A stretch of 64,000 bases of DNA from Kiritimatiellia bacterium (GTDB lineage: Bacteria > Verrucomicrobiota > Kiritimatiellia > RFP12 > JBMNHG01), in NCBI GenBank assembly GCA_050950285.1, contig JBMNHG010000011.1, forward strand, positions 248,001-312,000, given 5' to 3'. A model generated the notes under the pieces. That model had not been told where the DNA came from. It searched no databases and saw nothing but the letters and a program-made list of their open reading frames with translations. The position numbers and the translations under genes were made by a program. Each line of letters opens with the position of its first letter. Within the stretch, counting starts at the first letter, position 1. Below, in pieces: positions 1 through 10,417 of this stretch.

Positions 1-306
1 GGCGTCGGTCGCGCGCACGAGGCACTGCGTGCACCCTTCGGTGGTGGTGGGGAGGAAGGCGAGATCCGGTGCGCCGAAGGATTCGTAGTGCGCGAGATCC
101 GTGCTTCCCTGCAGGCGGCATCCCGGGGCGAGATGCAGTTCGACATGGCTTCGGAGGGTGAGGGTGCCGGTGAGGAAGACGCCTGCGGGGCACGCCACGC
201 GGCCGCCGCCCGCTGCGGACACGGCGTCGATCGCGGCCTGGAGGGCCTTCGTGCAGAGCGTCTTGCCGTCTGCGACGGCGCCGAAGTCGAGGGGGGAAAC
301 GTCCAT
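1..306 (-). CDS. Glycoside hydrolase family 28 / pectin lyase-fold protein, N-terminal part (runs off window edge)
   Basis: Manual translation from ATG 306: MDVSPLDFGAVADGKTLCTKALQAAIDAVSAAGGGRVACPAGVFLTGTLTLRSHVELHL, the typical GH28/Pectate_lyase_3 N-terminus. AGGAG RBS upstream. Confidence 0.8.
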   Translation of the reverse strand, partial: MDVSPLDFGAVADGKTLCTKALQAAIDAVSAAGGGRVACPAGVFLTGTLTLRSHVELHLAPGCRLQGSTDLAHYESFGAPDLAFLPTTTEGCTQCLVRATDA

Positions 307-353
307 GGTGAATTCTCCTGGAGGGGGCGGATGGGAAGGTTCCGTGCGGCGGC

Positions 354-1553
354 TCACGCGGGATCGTCCCGGGAGGGAGGCAGGGTGTCCGCCCGGCGGA
401 GGCTGTCGGGGCCGAGCCGCTTCCGGATGTCGTCGATGGCGTGGGAGAGGGTTTCCTGCCGTTCACGGTCCGGGGCGGGGTCGTCGAAGAGGGTCATTTG
501 CTCGCACCGGTCGTCCACGAGACCGGCGACGCCGAAGCCGATCAACCGCACGGGTTTCGGCTTGGGTTCCGCGTCGAAGAGGGCGAAGGCCGCTTCGCGC
601 AGGGAATGGTCGTCGCAGGCTGGCGGGGAGAGCGGGCATTGCCGGGTGATGGTTTTGAAATCGGCCCAGCGGAGTTTGATGCGTGCGAGTCCGGCATAGC
701 GTCCGTCGTTGCGGAGGCGCGCGCCCACGCTGTCCACGAGCGCGGCGAGGGCGCGCCGCACGCGGGCGATGTCGGAGACGTCGCGGAGGAAGGTGTGTTC
801 GCGGGAAAGGCTTTGTTCGACGGTGTCGGGGGCGAGTTCGCGGGGGTCGTCGCCGAAGGCCAGCTTGAGGAGGTGGCCGGCCGTGTGGGCGCCCACCTGG
901 GAGGCGAGGCGGACGGCGTCGGCGCGCTGGAGGTCGCCGATGGTCCGGTAGCCGTGCCTGTGGAGCGACTCTTGGAGGACGCGCCCCACGCCCCAGATCT
1001 TGCCGGCCGGGAGGGGGGCCAGGAAGGCGGCGATGGCGGCCCGCCCTTCGGGGACGACGGTGAGGCCGTCCGGTTTGTCGAGCTCGCTGGCGAGTTTCGC
1101 GAGGAACATGTTGCAGGCGACGCCGATGGACGCCGTGAGGCGGAGTTCGTCCCGGATCGCGGCGCGGATGCGCCGGGCGATTTCGGGACCGTCGCCGAAG
1201 AGCCGCCCTGCGCCGGACACATCCAGGAAGGCTTCGTCCACGGACACCTGTTCCACGAGCGGCGTGAAGCGTTCGAGGATTTCCATCACCTGGCGCGAGA
1301 CGGCGGCATAGCGCGCCATGTCCGGCGGGAGGAAGATGCCGTGCGGGCAGCGGGCATAGGCTTCGCGCGAAGGCATGGCGGAGCGCACGCCGAACGCCCG
1401 CGCCTCGTAGGAGCAGGTCGAGACCACGCCACGCTGGTCGGGCGGAGCCCCTACGATCACGGGCTTCCCGCGAAGTCCGGGACGGTCGCGTTGCTCCACG
1501 GCCGCGAAGAATGCGTCCATGTCCACGTGCAGGATGATCCGTCTGGAATCCAT
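354..1553 (-). CDS. dinB: DNA polymerase IV (Y-family)
   Basis: ILHVDMDAFFAAVEQ, CSYEARAFGVRSAMP, SVDEAFLD and KLASELDKPDG motifs. Start trimmed to MDSRRII. Confidence 0.95.
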   Translation of the reverse strand: MDSRRIILHVDMDAFFAAVEQRDRPGLRGKPVIVGAPPDQRGVVSTCSYEARAFGVRSAMPSREAYARCPHGIFLPPDMARYAAVSRQVMEILERFTPLVEQVSVDEAFLDVSGAGRLFGDGPEIARRIRAAIRDELRLTASIGVACNMFLAKLASELDKPDGLTVVPEGRAAIAAFLAPLPAGKIWGVGRVLQESLHRHGYRTIGDLQRADAVRLASQVGAHTAGHLLKLAFGDDPRELAPDTVEQSLSREHTFLRDVSDIARVRRALAALVDSVGARLRNDGRYAGLARIKLRWADFKTITRQCPLSPPACDDHSLREAAFALFDAEPKPKPVRLIGFGVAGLVDDRCEQMTLFDDPAPDRERQETLSHAIDDIRKRLGPDSLRRADTLPPSRDDPA

Positions 1554-1624
1554 GTTGGAAGGGGCGGCGGAGGCGAAGGGAACGGTGGAAGGCGCGGCGC
1601 GCCGCGGAAGAGCCGGGCGTCGGC

Positions 1625-2659
1625 CTAGTCCGTCTCGCTCGGCGGGACGGCGGGCGGCGGCGGCGGGGCGGGCGGTCCGGCGGCGTCCGACCAGTCGACG
1701 CGCCAGGCGGGGCGGCGGCGGAAGGGCGCATGGAAGGTGTTTTCGACGGCTCCGCGCGCCTCCATGGCCATCATGCAGGCGCGGGTGCACCCGCGCGCGC
1801 CGCACACGGCCTGCCCGGTGTTGTAGAGGTTGCGCGGCTTCTTGAAGAAGGGGCTCCACCAGCCGGGCTTGGTGCGATGGCCGAGGCAGAGGTTGTCCGT
1901 GTAGTCGGGCCGGCCGTCGTCGGCCGTCTTGAAATCGGCTCCGCGGAAGCAGACGTCGCAGCGCTCCATGTCCACATCCGCCCATTCCACGTCGTAGCCG
2001 CCGAGCTTCACCTTCACGGACTTGTCTGCGGGGATGGCATGGGCGGGGCAGGCGTTCACGCAGGCCATGCACCGGTTGCAGAGGGTTCCGGGTTTCATCA
2101 CGGGATCGGGTTCAAGCGGGGCTTCGGTGATGATGATGCCCACGCGCTGGCGGGGGCCGAAGCGTTTCGTGAGGAACATCTTGCTCCAGCCGATTTCGCC
2201 GATGCCGCAGAGGTATCCGGCAATCCGCAGGTTCACCATCACGTCCGGATGGGCGCGGCCCGGGGCCACGGGAACGCTGTAGCGGTCGCGCAGGCGTCCC
2301 ACCTGGTCGATGGCGCGCCAGTCGCTTTGGTGGCCGTAGGGGATGGCTTCGTAGCCGAAGTCTTCGATGGCCTTCGCGATGTTGATGACCGTCATCGGCA
2401 TGTAGAGGTAGGTGATGCCGCCGTAGCCCATTGCGGAGTAGTTGCTGAAGAAGGTGCCTTCCTCGACGCCGCGGAGGCTGCCGCGCATCACGCGGAAGGC
2501 GACGGCGACGATGCTTTTCGCCTCGGGCATGATCTGCCGGGGATCCTGCTGGACGGGCGCGCCTTCCCAGCGGTCGATGCTTCCGATGCCGACGAGATCG
2601 GCGCCGCATTCGAGCGCCTTGCGCTTGACCCTTTCGGCGGTGAGTTCCTGTGCGGGCAT
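1625..2659 (-). CDS. 4Fe-4S dicluster protein, epoxyqueuosine reductase (QueG)/reductive dehalogenase-like family
   Basis: GADLVGIG N-terminus, GIGEIGWSKMFLTKRFGPRQR, ferredoxin motif CNRCMACVNACP and a second Cys cluster CGARGCTRAC. Confidence 0.75.
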   Translation of the reverse strand: MPAQELTAERVKRKALECGADLVGIGSIDRWEGAPVQQDPRQIMPEAKSIVAVAFRVMRGSLRGVEEGTFFSNYSAMGYGGITYLYMPMTVINIAKAIEDFGYEAIPYGHQSDWRAIDQVGRLRDRYSVPVAPGRAHPDVMVNLRIAGYLCGIGEIGWSKMFLTKRFGPRQRVGIIITEAPLEPDPVMKPGTLCNRCMACVNACPAHAIPADKSVKVKLGGYDVEWADVDMERCDVCFRGADFKTADDGRPDYTDNLCLGHRTKPGWWSPFFKKPRNLYNTGQAVCGARGCTRACMMAMEARGAVENTFHAPFRRRPAWRVDWSDAAGPPAPPPPPAVPPSETD

Positions 2660-2661
2660 GG

Positions 2662-3492
2662 TCAACTTCCTTTCAGATGGCGGAGAAGGGCTTCGTGGAG
2701 GAGGCCGTTCGAGGCGACGGACACCCCCGTGTGTACGTCCGGTGCGCCGGAGAGGTCGCTGAAGCGGCCGCCCGCCTCGCGCACGATGCAGGCGGCGGCG
2801 GCGCAGTCCCACGGCTTGTCCGAGGTCGAAACGACGGCGTCGAGGCGACCCGACGCGACGAGCGCGTAGCTGTAGGCGTCCATGAAGCCATAGGCGTAGT
2901 CGGCGGCGTCGAGGAGCTTCCGCAGGTTCGCGGCCGTCTTTCCGCCGCCTGTCCTGGGGCCGAGGCCGGCGAGCATGGCACGGTCGAGCGACGGGGTCCG
3001 GGAGACGCGGATCCGCCGCCCGTCGCGGAAGGCGCCGCGGCCTTTGGCGGCGGTGTAGCATTCGCCGGACACCGGGAAGAACATGCAGCCCACGACCATC
3101 TCGCCGGCCTCTTCGAGGGCGACGAGCACGCTGTAGGTGGGGATGCCGCGCAGGAACGGGCGCGTGCCGTCGAGGGGATCGACGATCCACCGGCGCCCGC
3201 TGGAGCCGGCCACCTCGCCGCACTCCTCGCCGAGCAGCCCGTCCGAGGGGAAGGCGTCCAGCAGCAGGCGGGAAAGGATCGCCTCGCTTTCGCGGTCGAG
3301 GCGGGTGACGGGCGAACGGTCGCCCTTGAGTTCCACGGCGGGGAGTTTGCGGCTGCCGTCGAGCAGGTGGCGTCCAGCCGCGCGGGCGGCGGCTTCGGCG
3401 GTCTCCAGCTCGCGGCGATAACGGGACGACGGGCGGGAGGGGGCGCTCTCGCGTCGCGGCTTGGCGGGTCGTGGCGTTGGATCGGTCTTCAT
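2662..3492 (-). CDS. Inositol monophosphatase family protein (possibly HisN-type histidinol-phosphatase)
   Basis: GEE, WIVDPLDGT and KPWDCAA motifs. Confidence 0.9.
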   Translation of the reverse strand: MKTDPTPRPAKPRRESAPSRPSSRYRRELETAEAAARAAGRHLLDGSRKLPAVELKGDRSPVTRLDRESEAILSRLLLDAFPSDGLLGEECGEVAGSSGRRWIVDPLDGTRPFLRGIPTYSVLVALEEAGEMVVGCMFFPVSGECYTAAKGRGAFRDGRRIRVSRTPSLDRAMLAGLGPRTGGGKTAANLRKLLDAADYAYGFMDAYSYALVASGRLDAVVSTSDKPWDCAAAACIVREAGGRFSDLSGAPDVHTGVSVASNGLLHEALLRHLKGS

Positions 3493-3494
3493 TC

Positions 3495-3539
3495 GGGGCG
3501 GGGCGGGGTGGGGTGGGGTGGGGTGGGGTGGGGTGGGGG
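3495..3539 (+). repeat. (GGGGC)2(GGGGT)6GGGGG pentanucleotide tandem repeat with G-quadruplex potential
   Basis: Read directly; nine G-tracts of four or more G. Confidence 0.9.
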
Positions 3540-3546
3540 AGGCGGG

Positions 3547-4728
3547 TCATTCGCGGAACAGGAGGTCCATCAGGCCACTGCCGGAAAGGCGTCCGAGCGA
3601 ACCGCCGAGGCAGGCGAACTCATCGAAGGTCTGCACGGGATCGGGTGCCCAGCCGGGACGTCGCACGGATACGGGGACGGGCGTGCGGGTGTGGCGTCCG
3701 AGCGCGACCGGAACGGGGTGGTCGGGAAGCACGGCGTAGGTGATGTCGTCGCCTGCGCCGGCCATCGTGCGCCCCACCAGCCGGCGGTCGAAATCCTCGA
3801 TGGCCCGGAGCTTCAGCTTCAGGTTCCTGGCGTGCGAGACCTCGTCGATGGCCTCGACGTGCAGGTACACGAAGTCGTATTCCCGGATGGCTTCGATGGC
3901 GGCATCCGCCTTGGCTTCGTAGTCGGTGTCGATGTAGCCGGTTGCACCGGGCACGCGGATGACATCCATGCCCAGCGAACGGCCGAGGCCGTTGATGACG
4001 TCCACGGCGGAGATCACCGCGGCGCGGATGCCGTAGCGCTTCGCGAGGGAATGGATGGCGCCGGCCCTCCCGCCGCTCCACGGCCAAATGCCGTTCGCGG
4101 TCCGTCCGTTCAGCACCACGAACGCGCGGGCGACGAGGTCGCGGAGAGTCGCGGCAGTCCGTTCGCCCGCCGGCGCGGTGGCGTGCGGGAGATTCGCCGC
4201 CACGAGATCGCCGGCGTGGTCGTCCGGCTTTTCACACTTCACGTCCGCGGTGAACCCGGCGCCGCGCAACACCAGGAGACAGCGATAGCTCACGCCCGGA
4301 TAGAAGCGGACGACATCGCTGGCGAGGGCCTGGTTCAGCAGCGCGACGGTTTCCGCGGCGTCCTCCTGGGAGATGTGGCCGCCCGAGAAATCGGCCAGCC
4401 GCCCATCGGGGGAGACGCTCACGAGGTTCACGCGGAAGCAGAGGGAGTCGGCGGGCAGCGAAAGGGCCTGGCCGGCGGCCTCGAGCGGGCCGCGCCCACA
4501 GAACTCGGTGGAGAGGTCGCAACCGAGCACGGACATGTTGGCGACATCGCTGGAGGTGGGGAAGCCTTCCGGAAGGGTGACCATCGTGCCGCTGCGCCCT
4601 TCGCGGGCGATCCGGTCGATCGACGGCGTGGCGGCGGCCTGGAGCGGCGTGCGCCCGCCCAGTTCGGGGATGGGTTCGTCGGCCATGCCATCGCCGAGGA
4701 ACAAGAGGGTCTTTCGAGTTGCGTCCAT
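3547..4728 (-). CDS. apgM: Cofactor-independent phosphoglycerate mutase (ApgM type)
   Basis: GDGMADEP..LGGRTPLQAA.TP, SDVANMSVLG, GRGPLEAAG, HVEAIDEVSH and PDHPVP motifs. Confidence 0.9.
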   Translation of the reverse strand: MDATRKTLLFLGDGMADEPIPELGGRTPLQAAATPSIDRIAREGRSGTMVTLPEGFPTSSDVANMSVLGCDLSTEFCGRGPLEAAGQALSLPADSLCFRVNLVSVSPDGRLADFSGGHISQEDAAETVALLNQALASDVVRFYPGVSYRCLLVLRGAGFTADVKCEKPDDHAGDLVAANLPHATAPAGERTAATLRDLVARAFVVLNGRTANGIWPWSGGRAGAIHSLAKRYGIRAAVISAVDVINGLGRSLGMDVIRVPGATGYIDTDYEAKADAAIEAIREYDFVYLHVEAIDEVSHARNLKLKLRAIEDFDRRLVGRTMAGAGDDITYAVLPDHPVPVALGRHTRTPVPVSVRRPGWAPDPVQTFDEFACLGGSLGRLSGSGLMDLLFRE

Positions 4729-4736
4729 ATCGCGGA

Positions 4737-4810
4737 AGGGTACCACGCCCCGCGATGCGGGGTCAATTCCGGGATGGCGGATTGCCGTGACCGGACCATC
4801 CTGCTATAGT
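4737..4810. promoter_or_regulatory. Divergent sigma70-like promoters for apgM and recJ
   Basis: Plus strand TTGCCG(4782)-17 nt-TATAGT(4805). Minus strand TTGACC(4766)-18 nt-TACCCT(4742). Confidence 0.55.
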
Positions 4811-4818
4811 GCGCGGCA

Positions 4819-6606
4819 ATGGATTGGAATTCGACATCCCTCGATGCCTCGCGCTGCAACTGGACGACCGTGCCGTGCGACCGGGAGGCGGCGCGCCGTC
4901 TTTCGGATGCGCTGCCCATCCCGGAACACATCGCGGGTCTCCTCGTCTCGCGCGGGGTCGCGGAGCCGGAAGCGGCGCGCCGTTTTCTTCGGCCCTCGCT
5001 GTCCCAGTTGGGCGACCCGCTCCTCTTCCCCGGGATGGACGAGGCCGCGCGACGGATCGCCCGCGCCATCGCCGCCGGGGAGCGGATCGTCGTGTTCGGC
5101 GATTTCGACGCGGACGGCGTGGGCGCCTGCGCCATCCTGGGCGGCGTGCTCTCGGAGCTGGGCGCGAAGGCGGACATCTTCCTCCCCGACCGCCTCTCCG
5201 AAGGATACGGCCTCACCGCCGCCGCCTGGGAGCGCTGCCGGGCGGCCTCCCCGGACGTCCGACTGCTGGTCACGGTGGATTGCGGCATCACCAGCGCCGG
5301 CCAGATCGACGCCATCCGCGCCGAAGGCGTGGACGTGGTGGTGACCGACCACCACATGCCGGGCGACGACCTCCCGCGCGGCTGCATCCTCGTGAACCCC
5401 CATCTTGGCGCGACGCCCGGCTCGGAACACCTTTGCGGGGCCGGCGTGGCCTTCAAGCTCGCGCACGCCCTCGTGAAGCGCGACAAGCTCGAACGCGGCC
5501 TCGACCGGCCCGCCACCGACCTGCGCGAATACCTGGACGTCGTGGCCGTGTCGACCATCGCGGACGTCGTGCCGCTCGTCGGCGAAAACCGTCTCCTCGC
5601 CTGCGCGGGGCTGAACCGCCTCCGCACCCGTCCCTCCCAGGGGATGTTCGCGCTGATGGACAAGGCGGGGCTCGCCTCCGAAGAGGTCGGTGGCGTGAAC
5701 GTGGCCTTCCGTCTCTGCCCGCGTATCAACGCCGCCGGGCGGATGGGGTCCGCCCTCGCCGCCTACGAGCTGCTCACCGCCACCGATCCCGACCGCGCCC
5801 GCGAACTCGCCGTGCGCCTCGACCATCGCAACGCCGAACGCCATTCGATCGAGCAGGACGTGCTCGATGCCGCCCGTGAAAGCCTCCGCGCGCGCGGATT
5901 CGATCCCGACCGCGAAGGCGCCGTGGTGGCCGACGGCGGCGCCGACTGGCATCCCGGGGTGCTGGGCATCGTCGCGTCCCGCTTGTCGGAGGAGTTCCAG
6001 CGGCCTGCCGCCGTCATCGCCTTCGATGCCGAGGGAAACGGGCGTGGCTCCCTCCGCGCCGGAGATGCGGGTGATTATGACATCCTCGCGGCGCTCTCCG
6101 GCTGCGAGGCATTCCTCGAACGCTTCGGCGGCCACCGCCGCGCCGGCGGCTTCGGCCTCCGACGCGGACAGCTCGACGGATTCCGCGAGGCCTTTTCCGC
6201 GGCGTGCCGCGACCAGGCGGGCGGCGCCGCGTGGGCGCAAGCCACCCTGTCCATCGACGGATGGCTTGATCCTTCCGAGGTTTCGCTCGAGTGGATCGAC
6301 CCCCTTTCCTCCCTGGAGCCCTTCGGCGAGGGCAATCCCGAACCCGTCTGGGGATTCCGGGGGCTTTCGTTCGCCTCCCCTCCCCGCGCCGTGGGCGCCG
6401 ACGGCGCGCACCTGCAGGCGAACTTCCGGAAGGACGGCGCCACCCTCCCCGCGATCGGCTTCGGGATGGGCTCGCTCTTGCCCGCATCGCTGGACGCGGC
6501 CGCGGCGGGCCGCACCGTCGATGTCGTCGCCGTGGTCCAGGCCAACGCCTTCAACGGAAGCGTCTTCCCCCAGCTCAACCTCCGCGATCTCCGCATCTCC
6601 TCCTGA
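4819..6606 (+). CDS. recJ: Single-stranded DNA exonuclease RecJ
   Basis: GDFDADG, TVDCG, TDHH, TIADVVPL..ENR, PRINAAGR, FGGH and LEPFGEGNPEP motifs. Confidence 0.95.
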   Translation: MDWNSTSLDASRCNWTTVPCDREAARRLSDALPIPEHIAGLLVSRGVAEPEAARRFLRPSLSQLGDPLLFPGMDEAARRIARAIAAGERIVVFGDFDADGVGACAILGGVLSELGAKADIFLPDRLSEGYGLTAAAWERCRAASPDVRLLVTVDCGITSAGQIDAIRAEGVDVVVTDHHMPGDDLPRGCILVNPHLGATPGSEHLCGAGVAFKLAHALVKRDKLERGLDRPATDLREYLDVVAVSTIADVVPLVGENRLLACAGLNRLRTRPSQGMFALMDKAGLASEEVGGVNVAFRLCPRINAAGRMGSALAAYELLTATDPDRARELAVRLDHRNAERHSIEQDVLDAARESLRARGFDPDREGAVVADGGADWHPGVLGIVASRLSEEFQRPAAVIAFDAEGNGRGSLRAGDAGDYDILAALSGCEAFLERFGGHRRAGGFGLRRGQLDGFREAFSAACRDQAGGAAWAQATLSIDGWLDPSEVSLEWIDPLSSLEPFGEGNPEPVWGFRGLSFASPPRAVGADGAHLQANFRKDGATLPAIGFGMGSLLPASLDAAAAGRTVDVVAVVQANAFNGSVFPQLNLRDLRISS

Positions 6607-6687
6607 CGCTTCGGCGAGCCCCCCCCCGCAGCGGATCGAAGGCGAGGCGCCCCCGCCGCATTTTCCCGAGAAAAGTGCCGCCCCGGC

Positions 6688-6717
6688 TTGAAGTCCGGCC
6701 GGCGTCTTCGGTATAGT
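6688..6717 (+). promoter_or_regulatory. Sigma70-like promoter upstream of the GH2 gene
   Basis: TTGAAG-18 nt-TATAGT. Confidence 0.45.
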
Positions 6718-6799
6718 ACCTCCCGACGGGGCGGCCGCACGGGATGCGCGCGCCCCCGAGAGCCGTCTTCCCTTTCGCCCACACCATCCTGGAGCCCCC

Positions 6800-9289
6800 A
6801 TGATCAAGACCTTCGACCTTTCCGGAACCTGGCTCGCCCGCTGGAACGACGGGCAGCGCAACCGCCCCGACTACGCCCGCCGCGACGTCACGGACACCCG
6901 CCGCTACATCGAAGCGCAGGTCCCCGGCGAAATCCACCTCGATCTCGAACGCGCCGGCCTCATCGGCGACGTGCACGTGGGCACGAACGCCCTCTCCGCC
7001 CGCTGGGTGGAAGAGTGCTTCTGGAACTACCGGCGCGAATTCGCCGCCCCCGCCGGAGCCCTGGAGGCGAAGCACGTCTGGCTGCACTTCGAACAGCTCG
7101 ACCTCGTCGCCTCGATCTTCCTGAACGGCGTCGAGATCGGCCGCCACGAGAATGTCTTCTACCCCTGCCGCATCGATGTCGCCGGAAAGCTGCGAAGCGG
7201 GAAGAACGTCCTCGCCGTAACCCTCGACAGCGGCCTCTTCTCCGTGGCCGAGAAAACCGCCGACGGGATGGGCGTGGGCGACGACGCGAAGCTCCACAAG
7301 CGCATCTGGCTCCGCAAGCCCCAGTGCCAGTTCAACTGGGACTGGAGCATCCGCCTCGTGAACGTCGGCATCACCGGCGGCGTCCGCCTCGAATGGTGCG
7401 ACGACCCCGTCCGCCTCGACCAGTTCGTGCCGCTCGCCTCCCTCTCCCCGGACCTCGGGACCGGCCATGTCCGCGCCCGCCTCTTCGTCGAGGGCCTCGG
7501 CGCCGGCGACGTCCCCGCCACGCTGGTCGTTTCCCTCCCGGACCGGAAGCTCCGGGTGGAGAAGGAGGTCGTGGTGAAGCCCGGACTCGCCGCCGTGGAA
7601 GCCGGGTTCGACGTGCCCGATCCCGAACTCTGGTGGCCTGCGGGCCACGGCGCCCAGCCCCTCTGCGAGGTGCAGGCCGCGCTGGAGGTCGCCGGCAAGG
7701 AAATCGGCCGCGCCTCGAAGCGCGTCGGCTTCCGCCGCGTGGTGGTCGACCAGTCGCCCCGCGCCATCGGAGGCCGCCATTTCATCCTCGAGGTAAACGG
7801 CCGCCGCATCTTCGCCAAGGGCGGCAATTTCGTCCCGGCCGACATGATCCTGATGCTCGCCGGCCGCAAGCGCATGGACACGCTCACCGATCTCGCCCTC
7901 GAGCAGAATTTCAACATCCTGCGCGTCTGGGGCGGCGGCCGGTACGAAAGCGACGACTTCTACGACCTCTGCGACGAGAAGGGCCTGATGGTCTGGCAGG
8001 ATTTCATCTTCGCCTGCGGGAAGTTCCCCGACTACGACCGCGCCTTCCATCGGAATGTCGTGGCCGAGGCCCGCTGGAACATCCGCCGCCTCGCCCCCCA
8101 CGCCAGCCTCGTGGTGTGGTGCGGCAACAACGAAATGGAGTGGGGCACCTGGCACTGGGGCTACGAGGATTCGGGCTTCACGTCCACCGACTACCGCCTC
8201 TTCCACCTCACCCTCCCCCGGCTGCTCAAGGAAGACGACCCGGATCGCTACTACCAGCCGTCCTCCCCCTATTCGCCCGGCATCGAAGAGCCCAACTCCG
8301 ACACCTCCGGCGACCAGCACCCCTGGTTCATCGGATTCCACGACGTGGACTTCCGCAAGTACCGCGACAAGGATTCCACCTTCCCGAACGAAGGCGGCAT
8401 GCTCGGCCCCTGCTCGCTGCCCACCATCCGCGCCTGCCTGCCGGAGGGCCAGCGGTTCCCCCACTCGTTTGCCTGGGAGTTCCACGACAATTCCATCGCC
8501 ACAAGCGAAGAGCCGTGCCCCTCCGACCGGATGACCTCCTTCTGGCTCGGCAAATCCGTCGACGCGATGTCGCTGGAGGAGTACGCCTACTGGGCCGGCC
8601 TCGTCCACGGCGAGGCGCTCCGCGAGTACTGCGACAACTTCCACCGCCGCCTCTTCGACACCGCCGCCGCCATCTTCTGGATGTACAACGACAATTGGCC
8701 GATGGTGCGCAGCTGGACCACGGTCGACTACTACTGCCGCCGAACGCCGGCCTTCCACCCCGTGCGGCGCGCCATGGCCCCCGTGTGCGTCGTGCTCGTG
8801 GAGCAGGAGGGGGAAATCCGCGTCTACGGCATCAACGAGACCCCGAAGCCCGTCGAAGGCGAACTCGACTATGGCGTGGTCGCCCTCGCCGGCTCCTACC
8901 CGCTTCGGAAGCGGGAGCCGGTCGTGTTGCCCCCCAACGCCTCCACCGTGATCGCGGCCTTCCCCGCCGCGAAGTGGACGAAGCGTACCGCCACCATCGC
9001 CTTCGCCATGCTCTGGAAGGGCGACAGGCTCGTCGCGCGCAACCGTCTCTTCAACCCGACGTTCCGCGAGATGGCCTGGTCAAAGCCCGTCCTCGCGGTA
9101 CGCCTGGAGAAGGGCGAAGCGGTCTTCGAAAGCGATGTTTTCGTCTGGGGCGTGTGCCTCGACCTGGACGGGGAAACGAAGCTCGCGGACAACTTCTTCG
9201 ATGTCTTCCCGGGCGTGCCCTATCGCATGAAGTGGACGCGCAAACGCCCTCCGGAGGTGCTGTACGTCGGCAACCTCGTGAAACGGTAG
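6800..9289 (+). CDS. Glycoside hydrolase family 2, beta-mannosidase-like
   Basis: RKPQCQFNWDW, FAKGGNFVPAD, LRVWGGG, WQDFIFAC, WCGNNE and FWMYNDNWP motifs. Confidence 0.9.
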   Translation: MIKTFDLSGTWLARWNDGQRNRPDYARRDVTDTRRYIEAQVPGEIHLDLERAGLIGDVHVGTNALSARWVEECFWNYRREFAAPAGALEAKHVWLHFEQLDLVASIFLNGVEIGRHENVFYPCRIDVAGKLRSGKNVLAVTLDSGLFSVAEKTADGMGVGDDAKLHKRIWLRKPQCQFNWDWSIRLVNVGITGGVRLEWCDDPVRLDQFVPLASLSPDLGTGHVRARLFVEGLGAGDVPATLVVSLPDRKLRVEKEVVVKPGLAAVEAGFDVPDPELWWPAGHGAQPLCEVQAALEVAGKEIGRASKRVGFRRVVVDQSPRAIGGRHFILEVNGRRIFAKGGNFVPADMILMLAGRKRMDTLTDLALEQNFNILRVWGGGRYESDDFYDLCDEKGLMVWQDFIFACGKFPDYDRAFHRNVVAEARWNIRRLAPHASLVVWCGNNEMEWGTWHWGYEDSGFTSTDYRLFHLTLPRLLKEDDPDRYYQPSSPYSPGIEEPNSDTSGDQHPWFIGFHDVDFRKYRDKDSTFPNEGGMLGPCSLPTIRACLPEGQRFPHSFAWEFHDNSIATSEEPCPSDRMTSFWLGKSVDAMSLEEYAYWAGLVHGEALREYCDNFHRRLFDTAAAIFWMYNDNWPMVRSWTTVDYYCRRTPAFHPVRRAMAPVCVVLVEQEGEIRVYGINETPKPVEGELDYGVVALAGSYPLRKREPVVLPPNASTVIAAFPAAKWTKRTATIAFAMLWKGDRLVARNRLFNPTFREMAWSKPVLAVRLEKGEAVFESDVFVWGVCLDLDGETKLADNFFDVFPGVPYRMKWTRKRPPEVLYVGNLVKR

Positions 9290-9307
9290 CCGATCCGCCG
9301 CCCCGCC

Positions 9308-10417
9308 ATGAGCAGCCCTCTCCCTCCCGGGGAACGCCTCGTCCGCTGTCTGACCGGAGGGGATGTCGACCGCGTCCCCTTCGGCGTCAACCTCGGCTGG
9401 GTGCCGTGGGGTGACACCGAAGCCCGATGGAAGGAGCAGGGCGCGCCTGCGGACCTCCGTCTCGCCGCGTACTTCCAGTACGACCTCGGCTTCCTCTGTC
9501 CCGACCGCATCGAATGCGGCATGTTCCCCCACTTCGAGGAGAAGATCCTCGGGGAGAACGACGAGGAGATCGTCGCGCAGGATTGGCGCGGCGTCGTCTG
9601 CCGCAGCCGCAAGGATGGCAACAGCATCCCGCATTTCGAGGGGTGGCCCGTCGCCACGGCGGACGACTGGGAGCGCGTGAAGCGCGAGCGGCTGCGCATC
9701 GAGGACGCCGACCGGCGCGTCGCGGCACAGGACTGGGACGCCTTCCGGACTCGCCTCCGCGCCACCGGCGAAGCCGTGCAGGTGGGCAACTTCCCCTGGG
9801 GCGTCTTCGGCACGCCGCGCGATATCCTGGGCCTCGAGACGCTGATGGTTTCCTTCTACGAGCAACCGGAGGTCGTCCGCGACATCATGGAACACATGAC
9901 CTCGCTTTGGCTTGCGGTGTGGGAACGCGTCGCCGCGCACGTGCGCATCGACCACATCCACATCTGGGAGGACATGTCCGGCAAGCACGGCTCGCTCGTC
10001 TCCCCCGCGATGGTCGGCGAGTTCATGATGCCCTGCTACGACCGCATCCGCGACTTCGCCGCAGCCCACGACGTGCGCGTGATGTCGGTGGACACCGACG
10101 GCGACTGCTCGCAACTGGTCGAGATCATGACGCGCCACGGCGTGAACATGTTCTTCCCCTTCGAGGTGCAGGCGGGCAACGACATCCTCGCCTACCGCTC
10201 CCGATACCCCGAACTGGGCATCCAGTGCGGCCTCGACAAACGCTGTCTCGCCGGCACCGCGGAAGACGTCGACCGCGAAGTCGCACGATGCGAGGCCATG
10301 CTTGCGCACGGTCGCTATGTCCCCGGCTTCGACCACCTCATCCCGCCCGACGCGCGCTGGGAACGCTTCGAACAGGCCGCCAGCGCCATCCGCGCCCTTT
10401 GCCTCCGTCCGCGGTGA
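9308..10417 (+). CDS. Uroporphyrinogen decarboxylase / MtaA-CmuA methyltransferase-like family protein
   Basis: [27 protein letters not shown] and [12 protein letters not shown] motifs. Confidence 0.8.
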   Translation: MSSPLPPGERLVRCLTGGDVDRVPFGVNLGWVPWGDTEARWKEQGAPADLRLAAYFQYDLGFLCPDRIECGMFPHFEEKILGENDEEIVAQDWRGVVCRSRKDGNSIPHFEGWPVATADDWERVKRERLRIEDADRRVAAQDWDAFRTRLRATGEAVQVGNFPWGVFGTPRDILGLETLMVSFYEQPEVVRDIMEHMTSLWLAVWERVAAHVRIDHIHIWEDMSGKHGSLVSPAMVGEFMMPCYDRIRDFAAAHDVRVMSVDTDGDCSQLVEIMTRHGVNMFFPFEVQAGNDILAYRSRYPELGIQCGLDKRCLAGTAEDVDREVARCEAMLAHGRYVPGFDHLIPPDARWERFEQAASAIRALCLRPR

